Assembly: GCF_026210795.1 (NCBI RefSeq)
Contig: NC_089435.1
Span: 3,658,001-3,722,000, forward strand
Length of the DNA: 64,000 nucleotides
Origin: Rhizophagus irregularis
Taxonomy: Eukaryota
Reading direction: 5' to 3'
Shown: piece by piece, positions 14,043 to 26,184 of the stretch
How positions within the stretch are numbered: position 1 is the stretch's first letter
How the letters are laid out: each line of letters starts with the position of its first letter
The notes under the pieces: generated by a model
The model's input: only the letters and a program-made list of their open reading frames with translations
The model's database searches: none
What the model was told of the DNA's origin: nothing
Made by a program: the position numbers and the translations under genes

Positions 14043-14546
14043 CACAGTGAAATTCGATAAACCGGATCTATCGGTTCCACTAAAAATATCCGGTTTATCG
14101 GGATATCCGGTTTAGCGAAAAAATTTCGATATATTGAAAATCTATTATATTGAATTTTTAAAAAATTTTCATGCTAATAAAACTAATATACACTATAATT
14201 TGATTTTTTCATCTAGTTTTAAGTCATAGAGGTCATGAAAATGAATATAAAATATTTTAAAAGTAATACATAACTTCAGCCGGAATTAAGATTTTTATAA
14301 TTCCGGCCAAATTTAGGATTTACCGCATCACGTCACTTAAATTTTATTGGTTCCCAGTCACGTTATCCGGTTTATCGAATCATTTTTACTATAGCTGGTT
14401 AGAAAATTGATCCGTTATAGCGAATATCGAGCTTTTACTAGTAAACTCCGGTATATCGAACCTATTTTAATATACGTGATTTGGTTCCAGCAAAAAAGTC
14501 CGGTTTAGGCGCAAATCCGGTTTATCGAAGATCGAATTTCACTGTG
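14043..14546. mobile_element. Tc1/mariner (pogo-like) MITE
   Basis: TA|CACAGTGAAATTCGAT ... ATCGAATTTCACTGTG|TA, with repeated internal CCGGTTTA/TATCGAA motifs. Confidence 0.85.
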
Positions 14547-14639
14547 TACCCTGGGAGTTGCGCTCTGAATCCTTAAAAAGAACTCTAAATTTTTCAAACT
14601 GAATTTTTTCAACCTTCCAATTGTAATTTACCCGTAGTT

Positions 14640-15878
14640 ATGGAATTGAACACTAAATATCCAGTTGTTCTCTTAATGGGAAAAACAGGCAAGTTTTCGA
14701 TTTTTTCTTTGTATTTTTCTTACTCATAATTTTAAAAAAACATATCAGGTGCGGGAAAAAGCACTCTTGGAAATTTACTTCTTGGTGCACCACATAAAAA
14801 AGGACCTTTTGCTACCGGCTCACGAATGGTAAATGGTTATGTTCTATATATACTGCGACTATTTAAAATTAATTGTATTTAAGAATAAGGAAATGACGAA
14901 AATATAGGACTCTATCACACAAGAGTGTAAAGCAGAAACTATGTTAATTGACGACGTACCATATAACATTGTCGACACGCCTGGAATTCTTGACCCTAAC
15001 CGAGGTACTATTCCTATACTTAATGAAATTTCCAAGACTATCAATAAATGTGCTCATGGGGTTAAGGCTATCCTTATTGTTTCTGGTATGCAAAATCATG
15101 AAATAGCTTACTTTTTATTAACTCCGTGGGTTTGTATTTCTAGTTAATCAAAATTTTGGACTTCATAGAAGTCGGAAGGTTTACTGACGAGCAAAAAGAT
15201 GCTCTAAACCGAATAAGAAATTTCCTAGGAAAAGACGCAACAAATAATATTATATCAGTTCTTTCCCGCGCAGACAAAGATCAGACTGAAGATAGAAGTA
15301 TAATGCAAAGCGATTGGAATCAATCTTTTCGTTCTTTTATCCAAGGCATTGGAAACCGTTGGGGCATCTCTCCCAATCCTGAAATTTTTCCGGCTGGTGA
15401 AGAGACTCATAAAGTACGGTTAGGGGAAATCAAGAATTTAATCAGCAGTATACAAGGAGTTTACACCACTGAGCAACATGAGAAGTGCCAACGAGAACAA
15501 GCGGAAGCGAGGCGACGAAAAGAAGAGGATGAAAAAAGAGCAAAGCGGGAACACGATGAGAAATTAAAAGAAGATGCAAGAAGAGAAGCCGAAAGAGCCC
15601 ATCAACGTGAGTTTAACCAAATGCGACAAGAATATGAAAAACAGCATAGGCAAATATTGGAGAAAATGATTGAGTCGTTGCGTCGAGAAAAAGAAAACGA
15701 GCGTCAAGAAAGAGAAAAAGAGCGGCAAGAAGCAAGAGAACATCAAGAAAGAAGACGTCAAGAAGAAAGAGAACGTCAAGAAAGGGAACGTCAAGAAAGA
15801 AGACAACAAGAACTTAAAGACGGTATAATGTTTGCAGCGTCTGAAGCGCTTAAAATGGCTTTTTACGCCTTCATATAA
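14640..15878 (+). CDS. AIG1/GIMAP-family GTPase with C-terminal E/R-rich coiled coil (4 exons)
   Basis: Spliced: MELNTKYPVVLLMGKTG|AGKSTLGNLLLG..RM|DSITQEC..IVDTPGILD..HGVKAILIV|..GRFTDEQ. It has the P-loop GxxxxGKS, the SxT and DTPG motifs, and the AIG1-type RFTxE. The first intron (14689-14748) is GC-AG. Confidence 0.9.
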
Positions 15879-17795
15879 GAAAAAAAGTAAATCCATTTGA
15901 CACGAAATCAACTCGATAATTTCCAAATCATATATTTCTAGTGAAAATCTAAAGTTTAAGAAAAAGAAGGAACGTTTATAATAAAAAAAGTTTACGCGTT
16001 ATAATAAATATTTAAAGTTTAAAAAATTAAAAGTATTGAAGATTTTTTAATATAAATATTCCGTGGGAAAAGTTGTGAATCAGTTGAGTTTAATATCATA
16101 TATTATTAGTAAAACTAATGATTGCATGATTTGATCATTTCATATATATGACTATATGAATCTATGTTGACTTAAGCACGTTTCACTTTTTTCGAAATGG
16201 AATCCGAATTATAATATCGTCCATAGAAATTAATTATAATAAAGTTTAATGAAATACAGTATACGATTATATTATCATAAGTTATTGATTTTTTTAGAAA
16301 AAAAGGCAATATTTTTAAAATATTAAATCTCAATTATAAGTTATGTAAACATGAAAAGTAGAGTATAACCGTTTATTATTTATGTTATATGCATAATTAG
16401 ACGAATTCAAATTATTGTAGTTTGAAAATTATTCTTTTTTAAACTTTAAATAAAAAATTAATATTATTTATTAATTTATAAAAATAACATATATCATTTT
16501 GTTCATTGTCATTTACTGAATCTACCAAGATTAAAGTAAAATCAGGCCAAAATTAGCAAGTGGCTGGTGTAAACCTACTAGTGTTACACTTTCGGTTCAG
16601 CCAGAATAAAGTGTAGATTGAACTTAAACGTTAAGAAACAATATGTTGCTTTATTTATTAATGAAAGAACTTATACAATAGAGATAAATAACAATAAATT
16701 ATTATTGTGATTGTTCCGCCGGGAGATTGAGCTAAAACTTCAGCATCTTCTGGCGGTGGTTGCGGAGGAAGTGAACATCTTTAATCAATGAAATTAACGA
16801 TAAAATATATAACAAATAATAACAATAAAAACGAAAATATTGCTGCGATCGTATTAAAGCATTCGTCCTTCCTCTTTAACTATCTGAATTTTTTATTTTT
16901 AATTTATATCTTACCTATGATCACCACGTGATCGACGATCTTTGAACAGCGTTAAGATCACATGACTCAAATGGATGACATAATGACATTTGTACCCTTA
17001 TATCTCTTAATTTGTATTCTAATACATTTTGTTATTTTATATTAAATTGATTAAAAACGGCCCAGAGTCGGTTCAGGAACCGTTTCTGATTCTGGATTTG
17101 TATATATTTTAACAATTTTTTAAAAAATCAAAAACGAAACCAGTCCACAAATTATCAAAAAATTTCAATTTATTATCACATATTCTACCTACCTAACTAG
17201 TTTCCTAGTTTTGTTCCCTATCAATAACATTTTAAAATAAAGTGTGAATTATTATACTTGGTAAAATCGGGTATAAACATCTATAAACATTATCGTCTAA
17301 ATTATAATTAGAGTTAGGGATCAGTTAAAACACCTCAACTTCGAAATCGAAACTAAGATTTGTTTATTTTAATTATTACTAGAGTGAAATCTTAAAATAG
17401 TACAATTATATTGTATATTCCTTCAAAAAAACCAATGACCAGTGATATGCACTGGAAGCTTCCAATGACTTTGAAGGCAAGATTCACATCTTCCAATGCA
17501 CATGATAATGAAATTTTATTAACCATATTTGGATAATTTGTGAATTTAATAATAACACCCTTTTTTCCTTCATATAGTTAGCAGTAAAATCTTGGCGCGG
17601 GTGGATTGTTAGCCTGCAGATCTTTCAAATGAGCCACAGCCACAAATTCAAAGCAGTTTAACTCCGGAGGATCGACAGGTTCGATTCCGAAAATTCCGAA
17701 AAATTAACACCGAGACATTACACAATGGCGTTATTAAATATTTAAGCACCGAAATTTTTTTTTTTTTTTTTTTTAAAAAAAATAACAAAACCATA

Positions 17796-19289
17796 ATGTC
17801 TTGCCAACTAACAACTGACTGCTTAGATGAAATTTTTGAACATTTAGAGAATGATAAATCAACTTTACATTCATGTTTGTTAGTTAATCGTCTTTGGTGT
17901 AAAACTTCTGTAAGAATTTTATGGAGGAATATTTGGCGGTTTAAATATATTGTTTATCGTGAAAAACATCCATTGAAAGTAGCATCATCTATTCTTAGTA
18001 CATTAGTTGCTTGTCTTCCCAATGAATCAAAAGAGCTCTTATATAAGAATAAAATTTTTATTCAAACACCTACTTCAAAACCACCACTTTTTAATTATGT
18101 AAACTTTTGCAAAGTACTTTCAATTTATGAGATTGTTAAATTAGTTGAAAATGTCCTTAGTAATGAACCATCATCATCCGTTAATTCACTAAGTTTAAAA
18201 GATAGAAATTGTTTAGTAACAAATGAAATTTTCAAAATGCTTACAAACCAAATTTCTTCCTTGAAAAAATTAACTTACGACTATAATCAATTTATCCCTA
18301 AGTTTTCTTTCACTTATTTTCCTGGAGCGAAAGAACTTTCAGAATTACGTTGCAGTTCAGATATTCCTTCTGATTTTTTTTATCAGTTATCACAAATATG
18401 TCATAATTTACAAACAATATTTATAGAATTTCGTAATGATAATGTTTCAGATGAGTTAAAAGAATTTATTTCTTTACAGAACAATTTAAAAAATTTAACT
18501 TTAATAGCCAATATAAGTAGTTGGGCAAATATTATACCTGCTTTAACAAAACATTCTAATACAATCACAAAATTACATCTTCATGGTAATAATTATAATT
18601 TACCATTATCATTTGTCAATTTATTCACAAATTTAGAAGAAATTATGTTTTCATTCGATTATGGAGCAGATTTTGGTGATTTTGAAAATTTACAATTTGC
18701 CAATTTTCCTAAATTACAAATTTTAAAATTTCCTAAAAGATATCCAAAACCCGAATATGTAATGAAATTTTTAGAAAATAATGGAAAAAATCTCAAAACA
18801 TTTTATATATATGGAAGTGATAATGCTTTAAGTTTATCTATTGCTGATTTTTGTCCAAATCTTAGAAGTCTTTTCGTAGGAATTAATTATGAAAAAACAA
18901 ATATATTAAAAACTATATTAAGTAGTTGTCAATACTTAGAAAGTATTAAAGTTTGGTGTGGAAAAAGTTATTCAGGTGAAGAAAGAAGTTATTTATCTGA
19001 AAAGGAAGTATTTGAAACTATTGTAAATTATTCACCAAATAATTTTTGTGAATTAAAAATATATTATAGTTCAAATTCAGACTTTGTATCTCCAGTAGAT
19101 TTAGAATCATTTTTTATAAGCTGGAAAAATAGAATACCAAAAAAATTACTTAGATTAATAATTAACAAGAATAATAATATTGATGTAAATGAAGTAAACA
19201 AAAAAATAGCTGAAAAATATGAAAATTTAGGTATTATTAAATTTAGTATTGAAGCACTTTATGATGATGATGTTTTTTACTTGTTATAA
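17796..19289 (+). CDS. F-box protein with LRR/RNI-like region, paralog of 6819-8291
   Basis: Intact 497-aa ORF sharing long identical blocks with the first F-box gene (LKVASSILSTL, FFYQLSQICHNLQ, SWANIIPALTKHS, YSPNNFCELKIY). Confidence 0.85.
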   Translation: MSCQLTTDCLDEIFEHLENDKSTLHSCLLVNRLWCKTSVRILWRNIWRFKYIVYREKHPLKVASSILSTLVACLPNESKELLYKNKIFIQTPTSKPPLFNYVNFCKVLSIYEIVKLVENVLSNEPSSSVNSLSLKDRNCLVTNEIFKMLTNQISSLKKLTYDYNQFIPKFSFTYFPGAKELSELRCSSDIPSDFFYQLSQICHNLQTIFIEFRNDNVSDELKEFISLQNNLKNLTLIANISSWANIIPALTKHSNTITKLHLHGNNYNLPLSFVNLFTNLEEIMFSFDYGADFGDFENLQFANFPKLQILKFPKRYPKPEYVMKFLENNGKNLKTFYIYGSDNALSLSIADFCPNLRSLFVGINYEKTNILKTILSSCQYLESIKVWCGKSYSGEERSYLSEKEVFETIVNYSPNNFCELKIYYSSNSDFVSPVDLESFFISWKNRIPKKLLRLIINKNNNIDVNEVNKKIAEKYENLGIIKFSIEALYDDDVFYLL

Positions 19290-19499
19290 TTTCTTACTTA
19301 AGAGAATGAACTTTTATTTTACTTTATTTGTTTCTTTTGAGATTTGTTACTATTATAGAAGATATTTCTTTAATATTCATAATAAAGTATTTTCCTATAA
19401 ACATATACTTGCAAAAGATTAATGCTTATGTTAATTATGATTTATTTAATAATAGGTTATAATGTGTGCTAAAATCTAGAACGAACTTATCTTATATGT

Positions 19500-19855
19500 T
19501 CACTTTCCACTATTATAATTACCAAAATTTTGTTGAAATTTATTAAAATTACATTCTTTACACCAATAAGACCCTATTCTTGGTTGGTTACATTCAGAGT
19601 ATAGCCCAAAAAGTTGTGCGGGTATTAGGATTTCATTCGGAATATCAGCAATATTTTCAAATAATTTTGGATTTTGGAATATTAAAACTACTATATGAAA
19701 CCAAGTTTTTTGAGATAGTCCAAAAATCAATATTAGTTGCAATTCCATATTGATAACAATGAGCTAAATTATTTATTCCATATGCATTTCCTAAATCTCC
19801 CACCTTTTGATATAATTCAAATGCTTTTTTTCATCAATATCAGTTCCAAATTTTA
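19500..19855 (-). pseudogene. Sel1-repeat plus kinase-associated N-terminal Cys motif relics
   Basis: 19855-19730 reads GTDIDEK/KAFELYQKVGDLGNAYGINNLAHCYQYGIATNID (Sel1-like, frameshifted). 19610-19500 reads ECNQPRIGSYWCKECNFNKFQQNFGNYNSG, a motif that typically precedes Glomeromycete TKL kinase domains. Confidence 0.6.
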
Positions 19856-21758
19856 TTTGTTTCCGCATCAAAGACGTTAGAAAACTTGGTTCCCTAATAT
19901 TATGTAATTATTTTCTTTCTACTTTTTATTAAAGATTGTCCAAATATATTGCTAAATTCCTTTCTTTTATTTTACAGTTATTACTATGCAGACGCTGATA
20001 AACTCATCAACGTTAATTCGTGAATATTAATATTATTAAATGTCAATCAATCCGATCATGTGTCATTTTTTCATGTGACAAATTTTTTCTTTTTTGTTGA
20101 ATATCCAGGAAAAAAAAATTCATATCATTTGGCAAAATATATAAAGCCAAAAATTTTACGCATTCAAGAAGGAATGGTTGAAAGTGCTAAATATTGAAAA
20201 TTACACTTCGCTTTGTTATTTGATAAAATTATAACTGATAAATGATAATATTGTGTATGTTGATTTTTTTTTAAAAAAAGAGAATATATATATTTTCTTA
20301 TTTTTCATTTATTGACTGTTGACATTACAAGTATTTGGCGCTTATATACTTATATATCACTAGGAAACGGAATTCCGGAGGATAAAATAAAATTTGCGAT
20401 TTCATTGGCCGAGGATCACGTGAGGCAGGCACGTGATAAATCATTTTTCATAGTCTTTCGCTAAAAGAGTATGTGTTTATGGCAACACGACTTCCGAGGC
20501 CTGTGACAAGCTAGTCATCCTTGAGATAACCAGGTATTATTTTGAGTTTCATTTAGACGAGTCGAATATTATTGGCATTTTCGCGAATATAATAACATTA
20601 TCAATTTATCATTTAAGTTACATTATAGATTTATATAAAAAATGTATAAAACATATTTTTATGAGTTTTGTACTTAATTCTGGAGTAAATCCGTACGCGG
20701 AGATAAAAATTTATAAGTTTGTACGAAGAGGCAATTTTTATGGTAAATCCGTACAAGGTAAATCTTTGTTCCGTACTCCAGACTTCGATCAATTTTTATC
20801 TACACAATAAAAACCGCGGAACTTCGACACTAAATTATTAAATCCGTACAACAAGTTTTCTATCAGTGTATTCAAGGGTCCTATTTTTACCTAATGAAAA
20901 TTTTTATATGAGCATATATTATTGAAATTTAATAGACGCATCTTACAAATTATTTTTTTTACAAATTAATATTTATTATTCAATTTTTTTTTTTGTTCAT
21001 TAAAATGATAACAAAGTTTTATAGGATTTTGTTTTTTTTTCGAATATATAACTGATTTAAAAAAAAAAGGTGTGACCAGACGCAGATATTTTGTCTTTTG
21101 TTTAATCGAACTCCGAAATAAATAAAAAATTCAGACTTATTATAATTATCCCTAAATTATTGTTTTAATTTAGACAAAGTTTAAAAAAACTCTGTAGTGA
21201 AACTCATTCCAATGTGAAAATAAAAACCCATAGAAGATTGGAAGATATCATCTTTTTAATTTTTTTTATTATAATTAAAATAAAAATAGAAATAACGAAT
21301 TTTTAAAAAAATAAATAAATGGTAATTATTATGCACTTTACTAAATTAATCGTTTGTAGTAATTTCATAGTAATTATGAATTATCAATTTACGTTTATTC
21401 ATTTTACATTTTACCATACTTTAATTGGAAATCACCTGATAGAAATCAGATGACCAAATAAGGGAGAATTTATAAAACGTGGCACCTCCGGAAAGAGGAA
21501 GATATTGATTATGAATCTGGAAACGATTCTCATAAAAAGATGGCGACGTATTAGTCGTATTACGTTAATCATTTTTTTACCTTACTATCCATGGAGAAGT
21601 TGGCTGCGGAATGCGGATCGTGCATAAAGCTTGAAGCTTAAAGCATTATTCTAAAAAATAGGCTTAAGCTTATGCTTAAACATATAAAATGCCTTAGTAT
21701 ATTATACTACAATTAAAGTTATACATATGACTTTTTGGCATTTTTTTTCCCAAGCTAT

Positions 21759-22240
21759 TGTTACCGATATTGACGGTAATTAAGGGACGTGTTGAGGATA
21801 ACTTATATCGTATAGACACACGAATACCAACGGGATTCTTACTCAATACTACCTTTCCTGGTATTTCCGGTATTGTTCGTTAAGAATCGTCAAGGTAAAC
21901 AACTATATTATACGATTAGTAATAATACGCGATATATATATAAGACAAATCTTATATGAATATGTATAGAAACAACGTATAATAACCACAATGTAACGAT
22001 TTTATTAAATAGAAGGAGAACTTTCGGTTTACAACAAAGCGATAAGGGTGATAGGGATCTATCTCAATCTCAAAGATATCTATAAAGGTGACTATGTAAT
22101 ATGTATATCTACTCCTATCATGGAGTTGGCAGAGACATATTTATATCTAATTTTATCTTACTGCCATCTCTTTTTCTGACATCAAGGGCGGAATCTAATC
22201 TATTGATATCTAATTGTTAATGTTTCATCACAATATTACA
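21759..22240 (-). mobile_element. possible solo LTR
   Basis: TGTTA...TTACA ends, with TATA-like (plus-strand ATTTATA ~22139) and AATAAA-like (~22000) signals on the minus strand. No direct target duplication found. Confidence 0.35.
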
Positions 22241-23048
22241 ATAGTGATAGCTTTTATTGTAAGCCACTTTATAATAGAATTAATAGAATACAAATGATAA
22301 ATTTTGGACAATTAATACTATTGAATTAATTTCCGCACAATAACTTCTAATAAAATTGTATACATATAAATAATACAAATAAAGAAAATAAATAAATATA
22401 TAAATATAAATAATAATAAATTGAATAAATATAATAATACTGTATATGTAAATTTATCATATAAAACCAATATCTTCAGCAGCTTATGTATCGGCGTAAA
22501 TCGGCACGTAATCGACATGTACACAAATGTTTATTTTATTTTATTTTAAGGCAAGCCAGGAGAATACATTGATAATATTTAAAACTAATTAAAAAATTAT
22601 AAAAAAACACAATGTAGAATCGTCGCTCAATAAATCGAGCCCTGACTAGAATTATATATAAAAAAAACTATCTTAAAACCCGGCCGAATAAAGATAGGAA
22701 GTGAATGATAATTTTCTTTGGTGTTCAACGACATGTACACAAATGTATTGAATCACCATACAATATCGGAAATCACGTGTACAAGAAATCGCGTAACACT
22801 ATTAATTATTTGCTCGCCTACTAAGGATAATCATTTCCTGTATAAAAACATTATACAATTATTCAATTATACAATAAACTTTTATGATGATCCCGGTTAA
22901 ATCCGGTAATAACCGACCATATTTCATCCTTTTTTAACTCACCCAGTAAATTTGTGACAAAATATTCGTATCACTATTAAAATTTTTATAAATATACATA
23001 AAAAATTTTCTTTTCGATACCAAAACTTTTGATTAATCGAAATTAAAA

Positions 23049-23991
23049 ATGTCCGAAAAAAACGATTTAAATGAAAATATGTTAAGCGAAAAAGAAAAGG
23101 CCCTTGCCGGACTTCCATATTTAGCATATTCTGAAGAATTAATAAATGATCGGCTTAAAGCTAGAGAACTACTTTATAAATTTAATAATTCTAAACCAGT
23201 TTCTGTTAATACTGATGAATATCGTGAAAGAAATGACATTATTCGGCAATTATTTGGTAGTGTTGGTAAGAGTGCTGAAGTCGAACCACCATTCTATTGT
23301 GACTATGTAAGTTTTATCATATTCAATCAACTACAATATTTATGACAAATAAGATAGTTAATATTTATTCTTAATATATTAGGGATATAATATTCACGTT
23401 GGGGATAATTTTTATTGTAATTTTAACTGTGCTATATTGGATTGTAATAAAGTTGAAATTGGAGATCGTGTTATGTTTGGCCCAAATGTTTCACTTTACC
23501 CTGCAACTCATCCTATACAACCTGAAGAAAGAGCAAAAGGTGCTGAATTTGCATTACCCATAAAGGTATTGGCTTTTCCCATAAGAGTATTAACCATAAT
23601 AAAAATTACTATGATGATTTTTAAACAAATTTGATTTTTTATATTAGATTGGAAATGATGTATGGATTGGTGGTAGCGCTACTATTTGTCCTGGAATTAC
23701 CATCGGGGATGGGGTACGTGTTGATATTTTCCTTTAGATATTGACGTAATATTTTAATTACTTCATTTAATTTTTAATTCTTTATTTTGATTTATACGGA
23801 GATTAGGTAACTGTTGGTGCAGGATCCGTGGTATGTTTAAATATTGAAATGAATCAATTTTTTTATTAATGAAATTAATGAAATTTAATCCTTTTTTTAA
23901 GGTTACAAAAGATGTTCCGCCTTATGTAGTTGTCGCTGGTAACCCTGCTAAAATCATCAAGCATTTAGAAAGAAAAACGATAGCAAATTGA
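23049..23991 (+). CDS. maltose/galactoside O-acetyltransferase (hexapeptide-repeat, LpxA-like), 5 exons
   Basis: Spliced: SEKEKALAGLPY..VEPPFYCDY|GYNIHVGDNFYCNFNCAILDCNKVEIGDRVMFGPNVSLYPATHP..PIK|IGNDVWIGGSATICPGITIGDG|VTVGAGSV|VTKDVPPYVVVAGNPAKIIK. GT-AG introns; 24-nt microexon at 23807-23830. Confidence 0.92.
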
Positions 23992-24849
23992 ATTTAAATC
24001 TTATTGATAAAAAAGAATTTTATTACATTAAAATTATTATTTATTCTCAAATTGGTTCATATTATTTATAATTAATAAAATATAATTATCAATACAGTAT
24101 ATAAAGTTTCTGTGTATTTGTGCACAAAATGAAATGAAAAATATTATTATCCATAAAATGTGTGAAACGTGACGATTTAATAAAGTATATTTTTCGAATG
24201 AGAAATGTTAAAAAAAATAAAAAAATATAAAGACAATAAAGTAAAATAAAATGTTTAATTTACTTTAGAGATTGAGCGAAAGAAACTTACATGTTTGAAA
24301 TGCGCAGTATGATAATTATAATTTTAGTCACGTGTCCTAGTATCTTGTTACAAAATTTGTGCAAATCTTATTCCTTACCCACATATATATAATCAATCAG
24401 AGACCTCAAGACTATTTCACTTTTTAAAAGATCGTTAACGGATTTATCCATGCAAAGTATTGACACATACCATAATCTCTGTTAGATTTGCATGAGGGAG
24501 ATATACACCTTAATTCCAAGAGACTCCATGAATCCTCACACGAATATCTAATAAATCAAGCGGAGTTAATTTAGTGATGAACAAAATAAAACTCGCAATA
24601 ATAAAACTCGCAGTAATGTAATTTTGGATTGATGTATTGTATTTGGCGGATGAATAACAATTTGTCCTGATCAATTTGATCAATTGATATCACCAGATTC
24701 AAATCATTAAAATTGATCAATAACCAAAGGCTTAATGATAATGAATCATTCTGATGTAATTTAATAAATGAAGTTTCTTTTGTATATATATATCTATTTT
24801 CGCATATTTCTTAACTATCCTTTACTTTCATATCCTTTACTTTCGTATC

Positions 24850-26184
24850 ATGTCTATTGCTTTGAATTTAGACTCTTTTTTTACAGGAACCACAGAAACC
24901 GTTACCAATAATTTCAACTTCGATACAGGATCCATTACTGAGGAGGATACAACAGGTAATTTCATTTTCAGCTGAAAAATTTAAAATTTCATGTGAATGA
25001 AACAGAAGTTTCCAACACAATAAATGCATCTAGAAAAGATTACTGAACAAGCGCAGAAGTTTGGGTTTAGTCATAAGAAGTTTCTCAACTGTATGTCATC
25101 CATCTCAAAGGAATTTTTATTAACTCAGACACTTGAATACTGGCTTCTCACTTACATGTCTGAAACAGCAACAGACTCAACAGACTCCTGGAATGAAGAC
25201 TACTCGCCAGATGCTTGGTTAATAGAATGCTTTTCTCTAAAAACTGCCAATTTCATTGTTACCAGAGTATCTGAAGAATATCTCAAAGCACAAACACCCA
25301 AATACTGGATTGATTGGGCCATTTATCAATTTACTAATCAAGCTTCAAAGGAGTTTATCTCTTTTATTGAAAATGCGAGTGAGAACAAAGTTCATGTTTT
25401 TAAAAACATACCAATAATTGTTAAATCCATTGGTGACACTAGTGATAAAGGTAATGAACTTAATCTCCTTCTTGAAACAGATCTTAATCAATTTAATAAT
25501 AATAAAAGCACCTGGTATTACCACACCACGGACTTGATTAGTGCTGAAAGTATTTTTACTGATGGCATCAGTTTGGTAGCAGGTCAGAAGAAACAAGATT
25601 TTGGTGGTCGAACTTCATCATTCTACCTCAATGATGAATTTAAATGGGCAATTGATTTCAGACTACAAAAGTTTATTAGTTCACCAAGTGCAATAATTAT
25701 TTATGATATTCCTGAAACTTTATTAAAAGAAAAAGAATATAAACACCTTGATCTTAATAATGGTAATAAAAGGTGGAAGGATGTAGTGCATAAATCTTGT
25801 AACTATTGTGCATGTGAAACTGATGAATATGGTTCTGTTTATGGCCCTCAAACCACAAATTATGTTAGAATGATTAAGAATAAATATGAGACACCTAAGG
25901 TTGCTTGTCTAAACCTCTTCAAAATCCTACGATTAGTTTCGTCAAAATTTTACTATAGATTTATTATAGTTTCGGCAGAGTTTCGGCAGTTTCGGCATTT
26001 ATAATAAGTTTCGGCAGTTTCGCCTTTCTCCAAAGTTTCGCCAGTTTTTTAATATAACTTTAATATAGTTTTGGCAGAATTTCGCTTTTCGGCAAAACGC
26101 CATCTTGCCTAAACCCCTAGGTTTCGGCAAGCAACCTTAGAGACACCCATATGTCCAATTACTTTTTTTAAGTCTATGGCTTAG
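24850..26184 (+). pseudogene. DUF3990-like / ADP-ribosyltransferase-fold protein, disrupted
   Basis: ORF 25024-25895 contains YYHTT..AESIFTDGI..QDFGG..SFYL..WA..RWKDVV..YGSVYGP. The C-terminus is interrupted by a MITE at 25896, and the 5' part (ATG 24850) is separated from the main ORF by stops. Confidence 0.55.
25896..26139. mobile_element. 244-bp hAT-type MITE (copy 1)
   Basis: TIR TAAGGTTGCTTG..CAAGCAACCTTA; 8-bp TSD GAGACACC (25888-95, 26140-47); internal GTTTCGGCA repeats. Confidence 0.95.

Noticed and set aside
15564..15926. 120-aa minus-strand hydrophobic ORF
   Set aside because: Antisense shadow of the E/R-rich AIG1 tail.
16582..16790. LTR-like end (TGTTACAC) and GC hairpin CCGCCGGGAGA..TCTTCTGGCGG
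   Set aside because: No second terminus or TSD found; too weak to call.
17672..17695. tRNA T-loop/B-box-like GGTTCGATTCC
   Set aside because: The flanks do not form a T-stem or cloverleaf.
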